Source of the DNA: Okamejei kenojei
Lineage: Eukaryota
Length of the DNA stretch: 61,551 nucleotides
Direction: 5' to 3'
Assembly (NCBI GenBank): GCA_035221665.1
Contig: JAVHYY010000896.1
Coordinates: forward strand, 62,001-123,551
In this document: positions 11,806-23,816 of the stretch, one piece after another
Position numbering within the stretch: position 1 is the stretch's first letter
Layout: every line of letters starts with the position of its first letter
Notes under the pieces: model-generated
What the model was told of the DNA's origin: nothing
Database searches by the model: none
Seen by the model: the letters and a program-made list of their open reading frames with translations, nothing else
Translations under genes and position numbers: made by a program

Positions 11806-12069
11806 ATAAAGCAACGTTGGCGCTCACCTTGTTCACCACAGATGACCCCAGCCTACCAGAGGGAGTGTTGGAGTTTAAGACAGACGACAGGAGCATTGTT
11901 TACTATGACACCACACTATCAAAAGCTCAGTTCCATCTAAGCAACTTGCAGCCATTGCATACACTTGTCGAAGAATTGATAGAAATAAACAAGGACAATG
12001 CGTTGGCATTAATACAGAGCCTGCAAAAGCAAGTTATAGCATTAACCAACAATTCTCTTCCCTCAAATG
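11806..12069 (+). CDS. WA: MHC W-category/class II-like alpha chain, alpha1 domain exon
   Basis: Polypyrimidine tract + ttcag acceptor at 11805, donor G|gtgagt at 12070. 264 bp, phase 1-1. xKATLALTLFTTDDPSLPEGVLEFKTDDRSIVYYDTTLSKAQFHLSNLQPLHTLVEELIEINKDNALALIQSLQKQVIALTNNSLPSN reads as beta strands followed by an amphipathic helix, the size and layout of an MHC alpha1 domain. Confidence 0.8.
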
Positions 12070-12115
12070 GTGAGTCTGAGTGGGAAAGTGACTGAATTAG
12101 CTTACTCAAATTAGG

Positions 12116-13380
12116 CAATAGACAATAGGTGCAGGAGTACACCTTCCAGCCAGCACCGCCATTCACTGTGATCACGGCTGATCATCCTCAATCAGTACCC
12201 CGTTCCTGCCTTCTCCCTATATCCCTAGACTCCACTTCTTTCCTTAAAGGAAGAGCTCTAATCTAACTCTCTCTTGAAAGCATCCAGAGAACCGGCCTCC
12301 ACTGCCTCCCGAGGCGTAGAATTCCACAGATTCACAACTCTCTGGCTGAAAAGGTTTTTCCTCATCTCCATTCTAAATGCCCTCCCCCTTATTCTTAAAT
12401 GCGGCACCTGGTTCTGGACTCCCCCAACATTGGGAGCATGTTTCCTGCCTCTAGTGTGTCCTTACTAATCTTACATGTTTCAACAAGATCCCGGGGTGGG
12501 AGATTGCAACCTTCTCGTGGTCCGCCCTGTTTCGACAAATGCAAGTAGCCCGGCGCGCACAATCAAATAAAATCAAATAGAACAAGTTGTCCGACAACTT
12601 TAGGCTGTGCACGCCATACGCTGCATCATGCACGCAAGACGATGAATAACAAGATCCCCTCTCATCCTTCTAAATTCCATTGTATACAAGCTCAGCCGCT
12701 CCATTCTATTAACAGATGACAGTCCAGCCATTCCGGGAATTAACCTGGTGAACCTACGCTGCACTCCCTCAAAAGCAAGAATGCCCTTCCTCAAATCTGG
12801 AGACCACAATACCCCAGTAACGGAAATGAGGAAGTACTTTTTCACACAGAGGGTTCTGAATCTGTGGAATGTCCTGCCTCAAAAGGCAGTGGAGGCCAAT
12901 TCTCTGGGATGCTTTCAAGAGAAAGATCTTAAAGATAGCGGAGTCAGGGGATATGGGGAGCAGGCAGAAACGGGGTACTGATTGTGGATGATCAGCCATG
13001 ATCACAGTGAATGGCGGTGCTGGCTCAAAAGGCCAAATGGCCTCTTCTCCTGCACCTATTGTGTATTGTGGATGATCAGCCATGATCACAGTGAATCACA
13101 GAATAAAGGGTCGGCCATTTAGGACCGAGATGTGGAAAAACTTTCTCACCCAGAGATAGGAGAATCTGTGGAATTCTCTGCCTCATAGGGCAGTGGAGGC
13201 CAATTCACTGGACGTTTTCAAGAGGGTTAGATTTAGCTCTGAGGGCTAACGGAATCAAGGGATATGGGGAGAAAGCAGGAACGGGGTACTGATTGTGGAT
13301 GATCAGCCATGATCACAGTGAATGGCGGTGCTGGCTCGAAGGGCCGAATGGCCTACTCCTGCACCTATTGTCTATTGTGA
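12116..13380. mobile_element. Cluster of CR1/HER1 3' fragments in both orientations (WA intron)
   Basis: Repeated FFTQRVLNLWN / [27 protein letters not shown] translations and tails. Confidence 0.85.
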
Positions 13381-13407
13381 CAATACTAAACGAAGTGACC
13401 TCAAGTG

Positions 13408-14086
13408 TTAAAGAAGGAACTGCAGATGCTGGAAAATCGAGGGTACACAAAAGACTGGAGAAACTCAGCGGGTGCAGCAGCATCTATGGAGCGAAGGAGA
13501 CAGGCAACGTTTCGGGCCAAAACCCTTCTTCAGACTGATGGGAGGTTGGGGAGGCGGGGAGAAGAAAGGAAAAAGGAGGAGGAGGGGGCTGAGGGAGAGG
13601 TGGGAAGGGGAGGAGACAGCAAGGGTTAACAGAATTGAGAAAATTAAATGTTCAAGCCAAGAGGATGCAGACTCCCCAAGTGGAATATGAGGTGCTGTTC
13701 CTCCAATTAGCGGTGTTGCTCACTCTGGCTGTGGAGCAGGCCCAGGACTGAGAGGTCGGATACGGAATGGGAGGGGGAGTTGAAGTGCTGAGCCACCGGG
13801 AGGTCGGGTTGGTTATTGCGGACCGAGCGGAGGTGTTGGACGAAACGATCGCCAAGCCTCCGCTTGGTCTCACCGATGCAGATCAGCCGGCATCTGGAGC
13901 AGCGGATGCGGTAGATGAGGTTGGAGGAGGCGCAGGTGGACCTCTGTCGGACCTGGAAGGACTGCTTGGGTCCCTGAAAGGAGTGGAGGGGGGAGGTGAA
14001 GGGACAAGTGTGGCATCTCTTGCGGTTGCAAGGGAAAGTGCCCGGGGAAGGGGTGGAGCGGGAGGGGAGGGAAGAATTGACAAGGG
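13408..14086 (-). mobile_element. Penelope-like element 3' part (GIY-YIG endonuclease)
   Basis: CNRKRCHTCPFT...NLIYRIRCSRCRLICIGETKRRLGDRFVQHLRSVRNNQPDLPVAQHFNSPSH. Confidence 0.9.
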
Positions 14087-14116
14087 ACATCAATAGTTTT
14101 TCATTTGCTCTCTTAG

Positions 14117-14398
14117 AAATTGGTGAGGCGCTTCTGTACTCGGAGAAACCCGATGTCCTCGGCGAGGAAAATACTCTGATCTGTTTTATCAGCGGCTTTT
14201 TCCCTCCGGCGCTCAGCGTGACGTTGCAGAAAAACGGCAGGCCCATCGGCGGTGACGTCAACTCCTCCCACCTCTCTTTCAATGAAGACTGGCGGTTTTA
14301 CATGCTCCAGTACACACACATCCAGCCCACTGAGGGTGACATATACTCCTGTAAAGTCGTCCACAACATCAGCAAAGAGGAGAAAGTAACATACTGGG
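14117..14398 (+). CDS. WA: MHC W-category alpha chain, alpha2 Ig C1-set domain exon (beta2m-like)
   Basis: ctcttag acceptor, G|gtaaga donor. 282 bp, phase 1-1. EIGEALLYSEKPDVLGEENTLICFISGFFPPALSVTLQKNGRPIGGDVNSSHLSFNEDWRFYMLQYTHIQPTEGDIYSCKVVHNISKEEKVTYW contains NTLIC, GFFP and YxCxVxH, plus the beta2m-like LSFxxDWxFY. Confidence 0.93.
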
Positions 14399-14968
14399 GT
14401 AAGAGATATTAAAATACTCGGGCAAATTACTTAAGGCGGTCACGGCGACACAGCGGTAGAGTCAATAGACGATAGAGGCAGAGATTTCCACAGACTCGCC
14501 ACTCTCTGTGAGAAGAAGTGTTTCCTCGTCTCCGTTCAAAATGGCCGACCCCTTGTTCTTAAACTGTGTGTGTGTGTGGCCCCTGGTTCTGGACTCCCCC
14601 CAACATCGGGAACATGTTTCCTGCCTCTAGCGTGTCCAAGCCCTTAATAATCTTTCAATAAGATATCCTCTCATCCTTCTAAACTCCAGAGTACAAGCCC
14701 AGCCGCTCCATTCTCTCAGCGTATGACAGTCCCGCCATCCCGGGAATTAACCTGGTGAACCTACGCTGGGCTCCCTCAATGGCAAGAATGTCCTTCCTCA
14801 AATTAGGGGACCAAAACTGCGCACAATACTCCAGGTTTGGTCTCACTAGGGCTCTGTACAACTGCAGAAGGACCTCTTTGCTCCTACATTCGATTCCTCT
14901 TGTTATAAAGGCCAACTTCACTGCCTACTTACCGGCATGCATACTTTAAGCATGCCGTCGCTGCCTTA

Positions 14969-16238
14969 AGGGGCTGTCCCACTTCGGCGACCTATTTGAG
15001 GAGTTGCGGAGAGGTTGAAAAAATGACATGTAGAAGACCTCCTTCGAATATGTTGAAGACTAGCTTCGACTAGCTACGACTAACTTTGGGAAAATTGGAC
15101 ACCGAATAGTGGAGAGTTTTGATCTCCTTCGACCTCCCTTCCACTAAGACAAAGACCATCTACGACTACCTTCGATTACCTTCGCCTACCCCTGATTACT
15201 TACGAATGACGACCTTATTTTATGTGCGGGCATTTTTCAACATGTTAGAAACATAGACAATAGGTGCAGGAGTACGCCATTCGGCCCTTCGAGCCTGCAC
15301 CGCCATTCAATATGATCACGGCTGATCATCCAACTCAGTATCCCGTACCTGCCTTCTATCCAGACCCCCTGATCCCTTTAGCCACAAGGGCCACATCTAA
15401 CTCCCTCTTAAATATAACCAATGAACTGGCCTCAACTACCTTCTGTGGCAGAGAATTCCAGAGGCTCGTCACTCTCTATGTGAAAAATGTTTTCCTCATC
15501 TCGGTCTTAAAGGAATTCCCCCTTATCCTTAGACTGTGACCCCTTGTTCTGGACCTCCCCAACATCGAGAACAATCTTCCTGCATCTAGCCTGTCCAACC
15601 CCATAAGGATTTTGTAAGTTTCTATAAGATCCCCCCTCAATCTTCTAAATTCTAGCGAGTACAAGCCAAGTCTATCCAGTCTTTCCTCATATGAAAGTCC
15701 TGACATCCCAGGAATCAGTCTGGTGAACCTTCTCTGTACTCCCTCTATGGCAAGAATGTATTTTCTCAGACTTGGAGACCAAAACTGTACGCAATACTCC
15801 AGGTGTGGTCTCACCAAAACCCTGTACAACTGCAGTAGAACCTCCCTGCTCCTATACTCAAATCCTTTCGCTATGAATGCTAACATACCATTTGCTTTCT
15901 TCACTGCCTGCTGCACCTGCATGCCTACTTTCAATGACTGGTGTACCATGACGCCCAGGTCTCGTTGCATCTCCCCTTTTCTTAATTTGCCACCATTAAG
16001 ATAATAGTCTACCCTCCTGTTTTTGCCGCCAAAGTGGATAACCTCACATTTATCCACATTATACTGCTAGCTGTCTAATGTGGATACAAGATTATAATGT
16101 TGAGTTAGCTGAGGCCTCGAGTACGCGGAGACCACCCTCGAGCATGAAGGAGAGTTACTACGACCTCGTATCGACCATGCTGCGAGTGTGAGTCGAGGGC
16201 AAACTCGCGGATTAGGTCGCCCAAGTGGGACAGCTCCT
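14969..16238. mobile_element. PIF/Harbinger-like MITE (TIR AGGGGCTGTCCCACTT) interrupted by a CR1 fragment
   Basis: tta|aggggctgtcccactt ... aagtgggacagctcct, with CR1 at 15247-16066 inside. Confidence 0.7.
15247..16066 (-). mobile_element. CR1/HER1 LINE 3' fragment (RT C-terminus)
   Basis: ORF 15476-16057: KCEVIHFGGKN...RDLGVMVH...[10 protein letters not shown]...[15 protein letters not shown]. Confidence 0.92.
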
Positions 16239-16456
16239 GTAGAGCGAATAACGTTGTCACATAAAAGGGTGGTGGGTGTACGGAGCGAGCAGCCAGAGGA
16301 GGTGGTTAAGGCTGGGACTATCCCAACGTTTAGGAATGGACAGGTTTGGAGGGATATGGATCAAACGCAGGCTGGTGGGACTGGTGTAGCTGGGACATGT
16401 TGGCCGGGGTGGGCAAGTTGGGCTGAAGGGCCTGTTTCCGCGCTGTATCTCTCTAT

Positions 16457-16830
16457 GACACGGTGGCGCAGCCAATGCACCGCCGGGGACCCGGGTTCCA
16501 TCCCGACCACGGGTGCTGTCTGTGCGGAGTTTGCACGTTCTCCCCGAGATCTTCAGATTCCTCCCAACGCGGCAGAGACGGTCTCAGGTTTGGAGTGAAT
16601 TGGCTTAGTAAATGTAAAAATTGCCCGCCCCTAGTGGTGTAGGATAGTGTTAGTGTAGCGGGGATCACTGGTCAGCGCGGGCCCAGTGGGCCGAAGGGCC
16701 TGTTTCCGCGCTGCATCTCTACACTAAATTGCTGCCTCGACAGCGCCAGGTTCGTTCCCGACTACGCGTGCTGTCTAAAAACGGAGTTTGCACGTTCTCA
16801 ACCCCGTGGCCCTGCGTGGGGATTTTCTCC
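16457..16830 (+). mobile_element. tRNA-derived V-SINE (HE1-like) fragments
   Basis: ggtggcgcag A-box, gggttccatccc B-box-like, and the V-domain gtgcggagtttgcacgttctcccc. Further copies lie at 43790-44000, 50840-50956 and 51715-51790. Confidence 0.7.
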
Positions 16831-17229
16831 GGGATGTGATAAGTGACACAGCCATAAGTGATCGGGGTAGAATTTAGGCCGTTCGGCCCATCAAGTCTAT
16901 TCCGCTATTCAATCATGGCTGATCTATCTCTCCCTCCTAACCCCATTCTCCTGCCTTCTCCCCATAACCCCTGACACCCGCACTCATCAAGAATCTATCT
17001 ATCTCTGCTTTAAAAATATCCACTGACTTGAGGCCTCCACCGCCGTCTGTGGCAACGACTCCCACAGATTCACCGCCCTCTGGCTAAAGAAATTCCTCCT
17101 CATCACCTTCCTAAATGTACGTCCTTTTTATTCTGAGGGTGTGACCTCTGGTCCTAGAATCTCCCACTAGTGGAAACATCCTCTCCACATCCACTCTATC
17201 CAGGCCCTGTGGGAGTAATCCATCTTTGT

Positions 17230-18775
17230 TCAATAGACAATAGACAATAGGTGCAGGAGGAGGCCATTCGGCCCTTCGGCCCTTCGCGCCAGCACCGCCA
17301 TTCAATGTGATCACGGCTGATCATCCCCAATCAGTATCCCGTTCCTGCAGTCTCCATACCCCCTGATCCCCAATCAGTACCACCCAGTTCCTACGCCTTC
17401 ACCATATCCCCCGACTCAGCTATCTTTAAGAGATCTAACTGCCTTGAAAGTATCCGGAGATCCGGCCTCTGAAGCAGAGAATTCCACAGACACACAATTC
17501 TCTGTGAAAAAAAGTGTTCCCTCGTCTCCGTTCTAAATGGCTTACACCTTATTCTTAAACTGCGGCCCTGGTTCTGGACTCCCCCAACATCGGGAACATG
17601 TTTCTAGCGTGTCCAAAGCCTTAATAATCTTATATGTTTCAATAAGATCACCTCTCATCCTTCTAAATTCCAGTGTATACAAGCCCAGCTGCTCCATTCT
17701 CTCAGCATATGACAGTCGTGCCATCCTGGGAATTAACCTGATGAACCTACATTGCATTCCCTCAATAGCAAGAATGTCCTTCCTCAAATTAGGGGACCAA
17801 AACTGCACACAGTACTCCAGGTGTGGTCTCACCAGGGCCCTGTACAACTGCAGAAGGACCTCCTTGCTCCTACACTCAACTCCTCTTGTTATGAAGGCCA
17901 ACAGGCCAAACCTGCACACAATACTCCAGGTGTGGTCTGCAATTGTATAGGGCTCTGGTGAGACCACATCTGGAGTATTGTGTACAGTTTTGGTCTCCTA
18001 ATTTGAGGAAGGACATCCTTGTGATTGAGGCAGTGCAGCGTAGGTTCACGAGATTGATCCCTGGGATGGCGGGTCTGTCATATGAGGAAAGATTGAAAAG
18101 ACTAGGCTTGTATTCACTGGAGTTTAGAAGGGTGACGGGGGATCTTATAGAAACATATAAAATTATAAAAGGACTGGACAAGCTAGATGCAGGAAAAATG
18201 TTCACAATGTTTGGGCGAGTCCAGAACCAGTCTTAGAATAAAGGAGAGGGCATTTAAGACTGAGGTGAGAAAAAACTTTTTCACCCAGAGAGTTGTGAAT
18301 TTGTGGAATTCCCTGCCACAGAGGGCAGTGGAGGCCAAGTCACTGGATGGATTTAAGGGAGAGTTGGATAGAGCTCTAGGGGCTGGTGGAGTCGAGGGAT
18401 ATGGGGAGAAGGCAGGCGCGGGTTATTGATAGGGGAAAGAGCGGAACTCGCTATAAAAACATGGAGGGGACGGGGGACACATTTTTGGCGACCGCGCGCG
18501 CACTCACCCACATCGTGTCCCACCCCCATTGCCTGCTGACCGACGTCTCTCTCGTCCAATCGGCGCCCTCGATCAGCAGTCCCACCTCCACTGTCTCGCG
18601 GAAAGTGGAGATGACAAAAACATGGAGGGGACGTGTCCCCCCTTTGCCCCCCCCCCCCCCGCCGGGGTTTCCGCCCCCTGCATAGGGGACGATCAGCCAT
18701 GATCACAATGAATGGCGGTGCTGGCTCGAAGGGCCGAATGGCCTCCTCCTGCACCTATTGTCTATGTTTCTATGG
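17230..18775. mobile_element. Divergently joined CR1 fragments (- 17230-17940; + 17943-18775)
   Basis: ORFs 17542-17967 (-) and 17943-18236 (+) both encode [23 protein letters not shown]. Confidence 0.88.
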
Positions 18776-19020
18776 TCTCACCAGGGCCCTGTACATCAAC
18801 GTCAAATGGTCAAACAAACTTTATTGCCATTCAGAAATATAGCGATAGATGCAATTCCAAACAAAATTGCATTTGGCTCCCCGTGCCACACGATAATAAA
18901 CAGAAGGATAAAATGGATAAAAGGATAAATGGACAATGGTGGCAGCCCGTTACATGGCATTCAGGAGTCTGATGGCTCGTGGGAAGAAGCTGTCGCAGAA
19001 CCTTGATGTTCTGCTCCTTA

Positions 19021-20053
19021 AGGGCCTGTCCCACCAGCGTGCGGCTCCATGCGGCGAGCGCGACTCCCTCAGCGCGATTTAATAATTTGACCAAACCGGC
19101 AGCGGGGGGCCGCGCGGACATATATATATAGGGGGGGGGGACATTTAGTCGGGTGAGTGGCGGGACGTGGCGCGAAGTTGGGGCAAAGTTGGGGCGAAGT
19201 CTGCTGTAAGTTCGCAAGGACAGAGAGGGACACACAGAGAGGGTCACGGAGGCACAGAGAGAGAGGGTCACGGAGGCACACAGAGAGAGGGACACGGAGG
19301 CCACACAGAGAGGGGTCACGGAGGCACACAGAGAGGGTCACGGAGCCACACAGAGAGGGTCACGTAGGCACAGAGAGAGAGAGGGCCACGGAGGCACACA
19401 CAGAGAGGGTCACGGAGGCACACAGAGAGGGTCACGGAGGCACACAGAGAGGGTCACGGAGGCACACAGAGAGGGTACACGGAGGCACATATAGAGAGGG
19501 ACACGGAGCCACACAGAGAGGGTCACATTGAGCCACACAGAGAGGTCACGGAGGGGACCACACATAGAGAGGGACACGGAGTCCACACAGAGAGGGTACA
19601 CGGAGGGTCACACACTGAGAGGGTTCACGGAGCCACACAGAGAGGGTCACGGAGCACACAGAGAGGGTCACGGAGACACACAGAGAGGGTCACGGAGGCA
19701 CACAGAGAGGGACACGGAGGCACACAGAGAGGGTCACGGAGGCACATACAGAGAGGGACACGGAGGCACACAGAGAGGGTCACGGAGGCACATACAGAGA
19801 GGGTCACGGAGGCACGGCGTCGAGGTGTTGCGTACGGCGTCGAGGCGGCTGCAGGCCGACAGGCCGTTGCCGCGCGGAATTTTTGAACGCGGTCAGTTTT
19901 TCAGAGCCCCGCGCGATGTCGGGACCAGCTCCGCACAACTCCATACGGCTCCGGCGGTCGAAGTGGGACCGGCCCCACGAGGCCTTACGGCTCAAGCGAC
20001 CCACGTTAGGTCGCGCTCGCCGCATGGTGTCGCGTGCTGGTGGGACAGGCCCT
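19021..20053. mobile_element. PIF/Harbinger MITE (TIR AGGGCCTGTCCCACCAGC, TSD TTA) carrying a ~22-24-bp minisatellite (19219-19815)
   Basis: tta|agggcctgtcccaccagc...gctggtgggacaggccct|tta. Internal (cacacagagagggtcacggagg)n. Inserted into a Rex/Babar-like LINE. Confidence 0.85.
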
Positions 20054-20459
20054 TTATGGTACGATATCTTTTGCCCGAGGGCAGCAGAGTGAACAGTCCG
20101 TGACGGAGATGCGTGGGGTCTTTCATAATACCGCTGGCCTTAGACACGCAACGTTTGGTCGCAATATCCCCGACTGAGGGGAGAGAAGTCCCGATGATTT
20201 CTTTCAGCCGCCCTCACCACTCTCTGCACGGACTTCCAGTCGGAGGCTTTGCAGTCCCCAAACCAGACAGAGATACAGCTGGTCAAAATACAACTGTCCA
20301 ACTGCAGAAGGACCTCTTTGCTCCTATACTCAGCTCCTCTTGTTATGAAGGCCGACATGCCATTGGCTTTCTTCACTGCCTGCTGTACCTGCATGCTCAC
20401 ATTACCAATTTAAACACTAGTTTCCTCGTTCAAACAATTAGCCTGTGCTTTGTTCACAG

Positions 20460-20650
20460 AACCAGAAGTGCAAGATCGCAGCGAAGCTGAACTGGATACA
20501 AGCCAGCGTATTGTATTGGTCTGTGGTGTGATCGTCGGAATTCTCGGCACTGCAGTGGGATTCTGCCTGTGTTCCTGGTTGCGTTTCACCAGACGGGACT
20601 CTTGGATTCTCCGGATCAACCCTTTCACGAGGGTATCAGATTCGTCATAA
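20460..20650 (+). CDS. WA: MHC W-category alpha chain, connecting peptide/TM/cytoplasmic exon
   Basis: ttcacag acceptor, phase 1. EPEVQDRSEAELDTSQRIVLVCGVIVGILGTAVGFCLCSWLRFTRRDSWILRINPFTRVSDSS*. The TM has the class II alpha C..GxxxGxxGxxxG pattern. Stop TAA at 20648-20650. Confidence 0.88.
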
Positions 20651-20734
20651 GAAATGGATCCGCTGTCTTTGTCTCTGGGAACTGTTTCCGGCTGCCTTGG
20701 TTCCAGAGCCTGTCCAATCCCTTGGGAATCTTTC

Positions 20735-20985
20735 CAGTGGTGAGGCAGAGGTTCACCTGCACCTCCTCCGACCTCATCTGTTGCATCCGCCGCTCTAGGT
20801 GTCGGCTGCTCGACCTCGGAGAGACGATCGCTTCTGCCCAACCCCTCCGCTCGGTTCTCAATAACCAACCCGATCTCCCGGTGGCTCCGCACTTCAACTC
20901 CCCCCCCCAATCCCAATCTGACCTTTCTGTCCTGGGCCTCCTCCATTGCCAGAGTGAATCCCACCGCAAAATTGGAGGAGCAGTT
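20735..20985 (+). mobile_element. Penelope GIY-YIG fragment just downstream of the WA stop codon
   Basis: VRQRFTCTSSDLICCIRRSRC...LRSVLNNQPDLPVAPHFNSP. Confidence 0.8.
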
Positions 20986-21719
20986 TTAAAAGCGGTATGA
21001 ACATCCCCAGTAAGTCCCTTATCCTTAAACTGTGTGACCCCTTCGGATTGGACTTCCCTCAAAATCCATGAACACAATCTTTCGGGATCTAGCTTTCTTA
21101 AATATAGCCAATTAACTGCCCAACTACCTTGTCCAACCCCTTAAGAATTTTGTAAGTTTCTATAAGATCCCCCCTCAGTCTTCTAAATTCTAGCGAGTAC
21201 ATAGAAAATAGGTGCAGGAGCAGGCCATTCGGCACTTCGAGCCTGCACGAACCAGCACAAGCCGAGTCTATCCAGTCTTTCCTCATATGAAAGTCCTGAC
21301 ATCCCAGGAATCAGTGTAGTGAACCTTCACCTTCTATGGCAAGAATGCCTTTCCTCAGATTTGGAGACCAAAACTGTGCGCAATACTCCAGGTGTGGCCT
21401 CGCCAAGACCCTGTACAACTGCAGTAGAACCTCCCTGCTCCTATACTCAAATCCTGTTGCTGTGAATGCCAACATACCATTCGCCAATCAACCCTCCACA
21501 GTGCCCAGCGGTCCCGGAAATGCCCCAGGGTGCCCGTGGACAGAGTGTAGTCCCTTTCTAACCCCACCCGGACGCGGACGTAACCCCGGTCAGGGGGCAG
21601 GCAGCCGGCTCGGGCAAACCTGCCGCAGTCTACCAGGCCAGTGTCTTGAAAGTCACCCAAGCAGAAGCAGAAATGTCCTTCCTCAAATGTTTAAGCTGCT
21701 GGAATAATCCAAGTCGCAT

Positions 21720-22115
21720 CAAGTCACTTTTATTTCAATAACACATTTAAAAAACAACTCTCGTTGATCACAGTGCTTTACATTGGTGGAGGTACTAACG
21801 TTATACAACAGCGGTTCATAGATTAAGTACGTACATAAATACACACATATAGCCCTCGCTCAGAGGATGCCAAGAAAGGCTTGAGAGTAAAGATGAGTTT
21901 TAAGTCTCGACTTTTGAGTGGATGGAGGGGGCAGTTCCGATGGGAAGAGGGATGCTGTTCCACAGTCTAGGAGCTGCAACCGCAAAGGGGCGGTCGTTCG
22001 CCCCTGAGCTTATGCCTTGATGTCCAGTAACCCCAAGTCGGCTGATCTGAGGGACCTGGAGGTGGTGTGGCGGGTGAGACGACTTCTGAAGTAGTTGGGG
22101 GCAAGCCCGTTGAGG
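21720..22115 (-). mobile_element. L2-clade LINE 3' fragment
   Basis: Minus strand ...RSADLGLL...FAVAAPRLWNSIPLPIGTAPSIHSKVET*NSSLLSSL-type degenerate L2 C-terminus, with an aataaa/(tgact) tail. Confidence 0.6.
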
Positions 22116-22659
22116 TGGACAAAAATGCTGGAAAAACTCAGCAGGTGAGGCAGCGTCTGTGGGGCGACGTTTCGGTTCGAAACCCTTCTTCAGATCGAGA
22201 CCCTTCTTCCTAAAACACCTTTGTTACAAATGTCACTATTTTTACTTCTTGTGCATCAGCCGACGTGTCTTCAGATATGTGAGCCATTAAAACTACTGTG
22301 AATTAAAACCGCTCGTCTCGGGATATCACAAAATTCCACTGATGCTCGAAATACCCAAAGCAGCAAAACACATTTTCGGAGAGTGTGAGATCGGCTTCAT
22401 ATTAAAAATGCCCGCACTTCCTCTTCTCACTGCCACTACCGAGGTGTTAACCAGCATGTCATACATGGCATGAACATAAGACATGCCAAATGGCCTACTC
22501 CTGCACCTATTTTCGATGTTTCTATGTTTCCAAAGGCTTCAGACTGAAGAGTTACATTGGCTGCAACCTAGCTCCAGGTCCTCCCTTGTAGGCTCGAAGG
22601 GCCGAATGGCCTACTCCTGCACCTGTTTTCTATGTTTCTAAAGTCTTCAGACTGAAGAG

Positions 22660-23816
22660 TTAAAGAAGGAACTGCAGATGCTGGAAAATCGAGGGTACAC
22701 AAAATGCTGGAGAAACTCAGCGGGTGCAGCAGCATCTGTGGAGCGAAGGAGATAGGCAACGTTTCGGGCCGAAACCCTTCTTCAGACTGATGGGAGTGGG
22801 GGGAAGAAAGGAAAAAGGAGGAGAAGGAGGCTGAGGGAGAGTAGGAAGGGGAGGAGACAGCAAGGATTAACAGAATTGAGAGAATTCAATGTTCATGCCA
22901 AGAGGATGCAGACTCCCAAGCAGAATATGAGGTGCTGTTCCTCCAACTTGTGGTGTTGCTCACTCTGGTCATGGAGGAGGCACAGGACAGAGAGGTCGGA
23001 TACGGAATGGGAGGGGGAGTTTAAGTGCTGAGCCACCGGGAGGTCGGGTTGGTTATTGCGGACCGAGCGGAGGTGTTCGGCGACAGGAGCGCCAAGCCTC
23101 CGCTTGGTCTCACTGATATAGATCATCTGGCATCTGGAGCAGCGGATGCAGTAGATGAGGTTGGAGGAGATGCAGGTGAACCTCTGTCGGACCTGGAAAG
23201 ACTTTTTGGGTCCTTCAAAGGAGTGGAGGGAGGAGGTAAAGGGACAAGTGTAGCATCTCTTGCGGTTGCAAGAGAAAGTGCCCGGGGAAGGGGTGGAGCG
23301 GGAGGGAAGGGAAGAATTGACAAGGGAGTTGCGGAGGGAGCAGTCTTTGCGGAAGGCAGACGGGGGGAGATGGGAAGATGTGACGAGTAGTGGGGTCACG
23401 TTGGAGGTGGCGAAACTGGCGGAGGACTATGTGTTGTATGTGCCGGCTGGTGGGGTGAAAGGTGAGGACCAGGGGGACTCTGCCCTGGTTGCGAGTGGGG
23501 GGGATGGGGAGAGAGGGCAGTGTTGCGGGGTACGGAGGAGACCCTGGTGCGAGCCTCAACTATAGTGGGGGAGGGGAATCCCCGTTCTCTGAAGAATGAG
23601 GACATTTGTGATGCCCTGGTGTGGAACACCTCATCCTGGGAGCAGATGTGGCGTAGGCAGTGGAATTGGGAATAGGGGATGGAGTCCTTACAGGAAGCAG
23701 GGTGGGGGGAAGAGTAGTCCAGGTAGCTGTGGGAGTCAGTGGGTTTATAGTGGATGTCGGTCAGGAGTGTATCCCCTGCAATGGAGATGGTGAGGTCAAG
23801 GAATGGTAGGGAAGGT
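22660..23816 (-). mobile_element. Penelope-like element (RT C-terminus + GIY-YIG)
   Basis: LPFLDLTISIAGDTLLTDIHYKPTDSHSYLDYSSPHPASCKDSIPYSQF...; LIYCIRCSRCQMIYISETKRRLG. Confidence 0.92.

Noticed and set aside
13996-14412. 138-aa ORF as a single-exon gene or stand-alone beta2-microglobulin
   Set aside because: The N-terminal part is antisense Penelope sequence. The real exon is 14117-14398, and it is flanked by in-phase alpha1 and TM exons, unlike soluble beta2m.
14435-14462. tRNA gene
   Set aside because: Only an A-box-like SINE head (ggcggtcacggcgacacagcggtagagt) with no cloverleaf. It is a V-SINE fragment.
19157-20103. Repetitive R/H/T/E/G-rich ORFs
   Set aside because: They are translations of the minisatellite inside a Harbinger MITE.
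11806-20650. Calling the MHC gene a classical class II alpha (DAA)
   Set aside because: The Ig domain lacks the class II C-strand Trp and carries the beta2m-type LSFxxDWxFY. The alpha1 domain lacks typical classical residues and cysteines.
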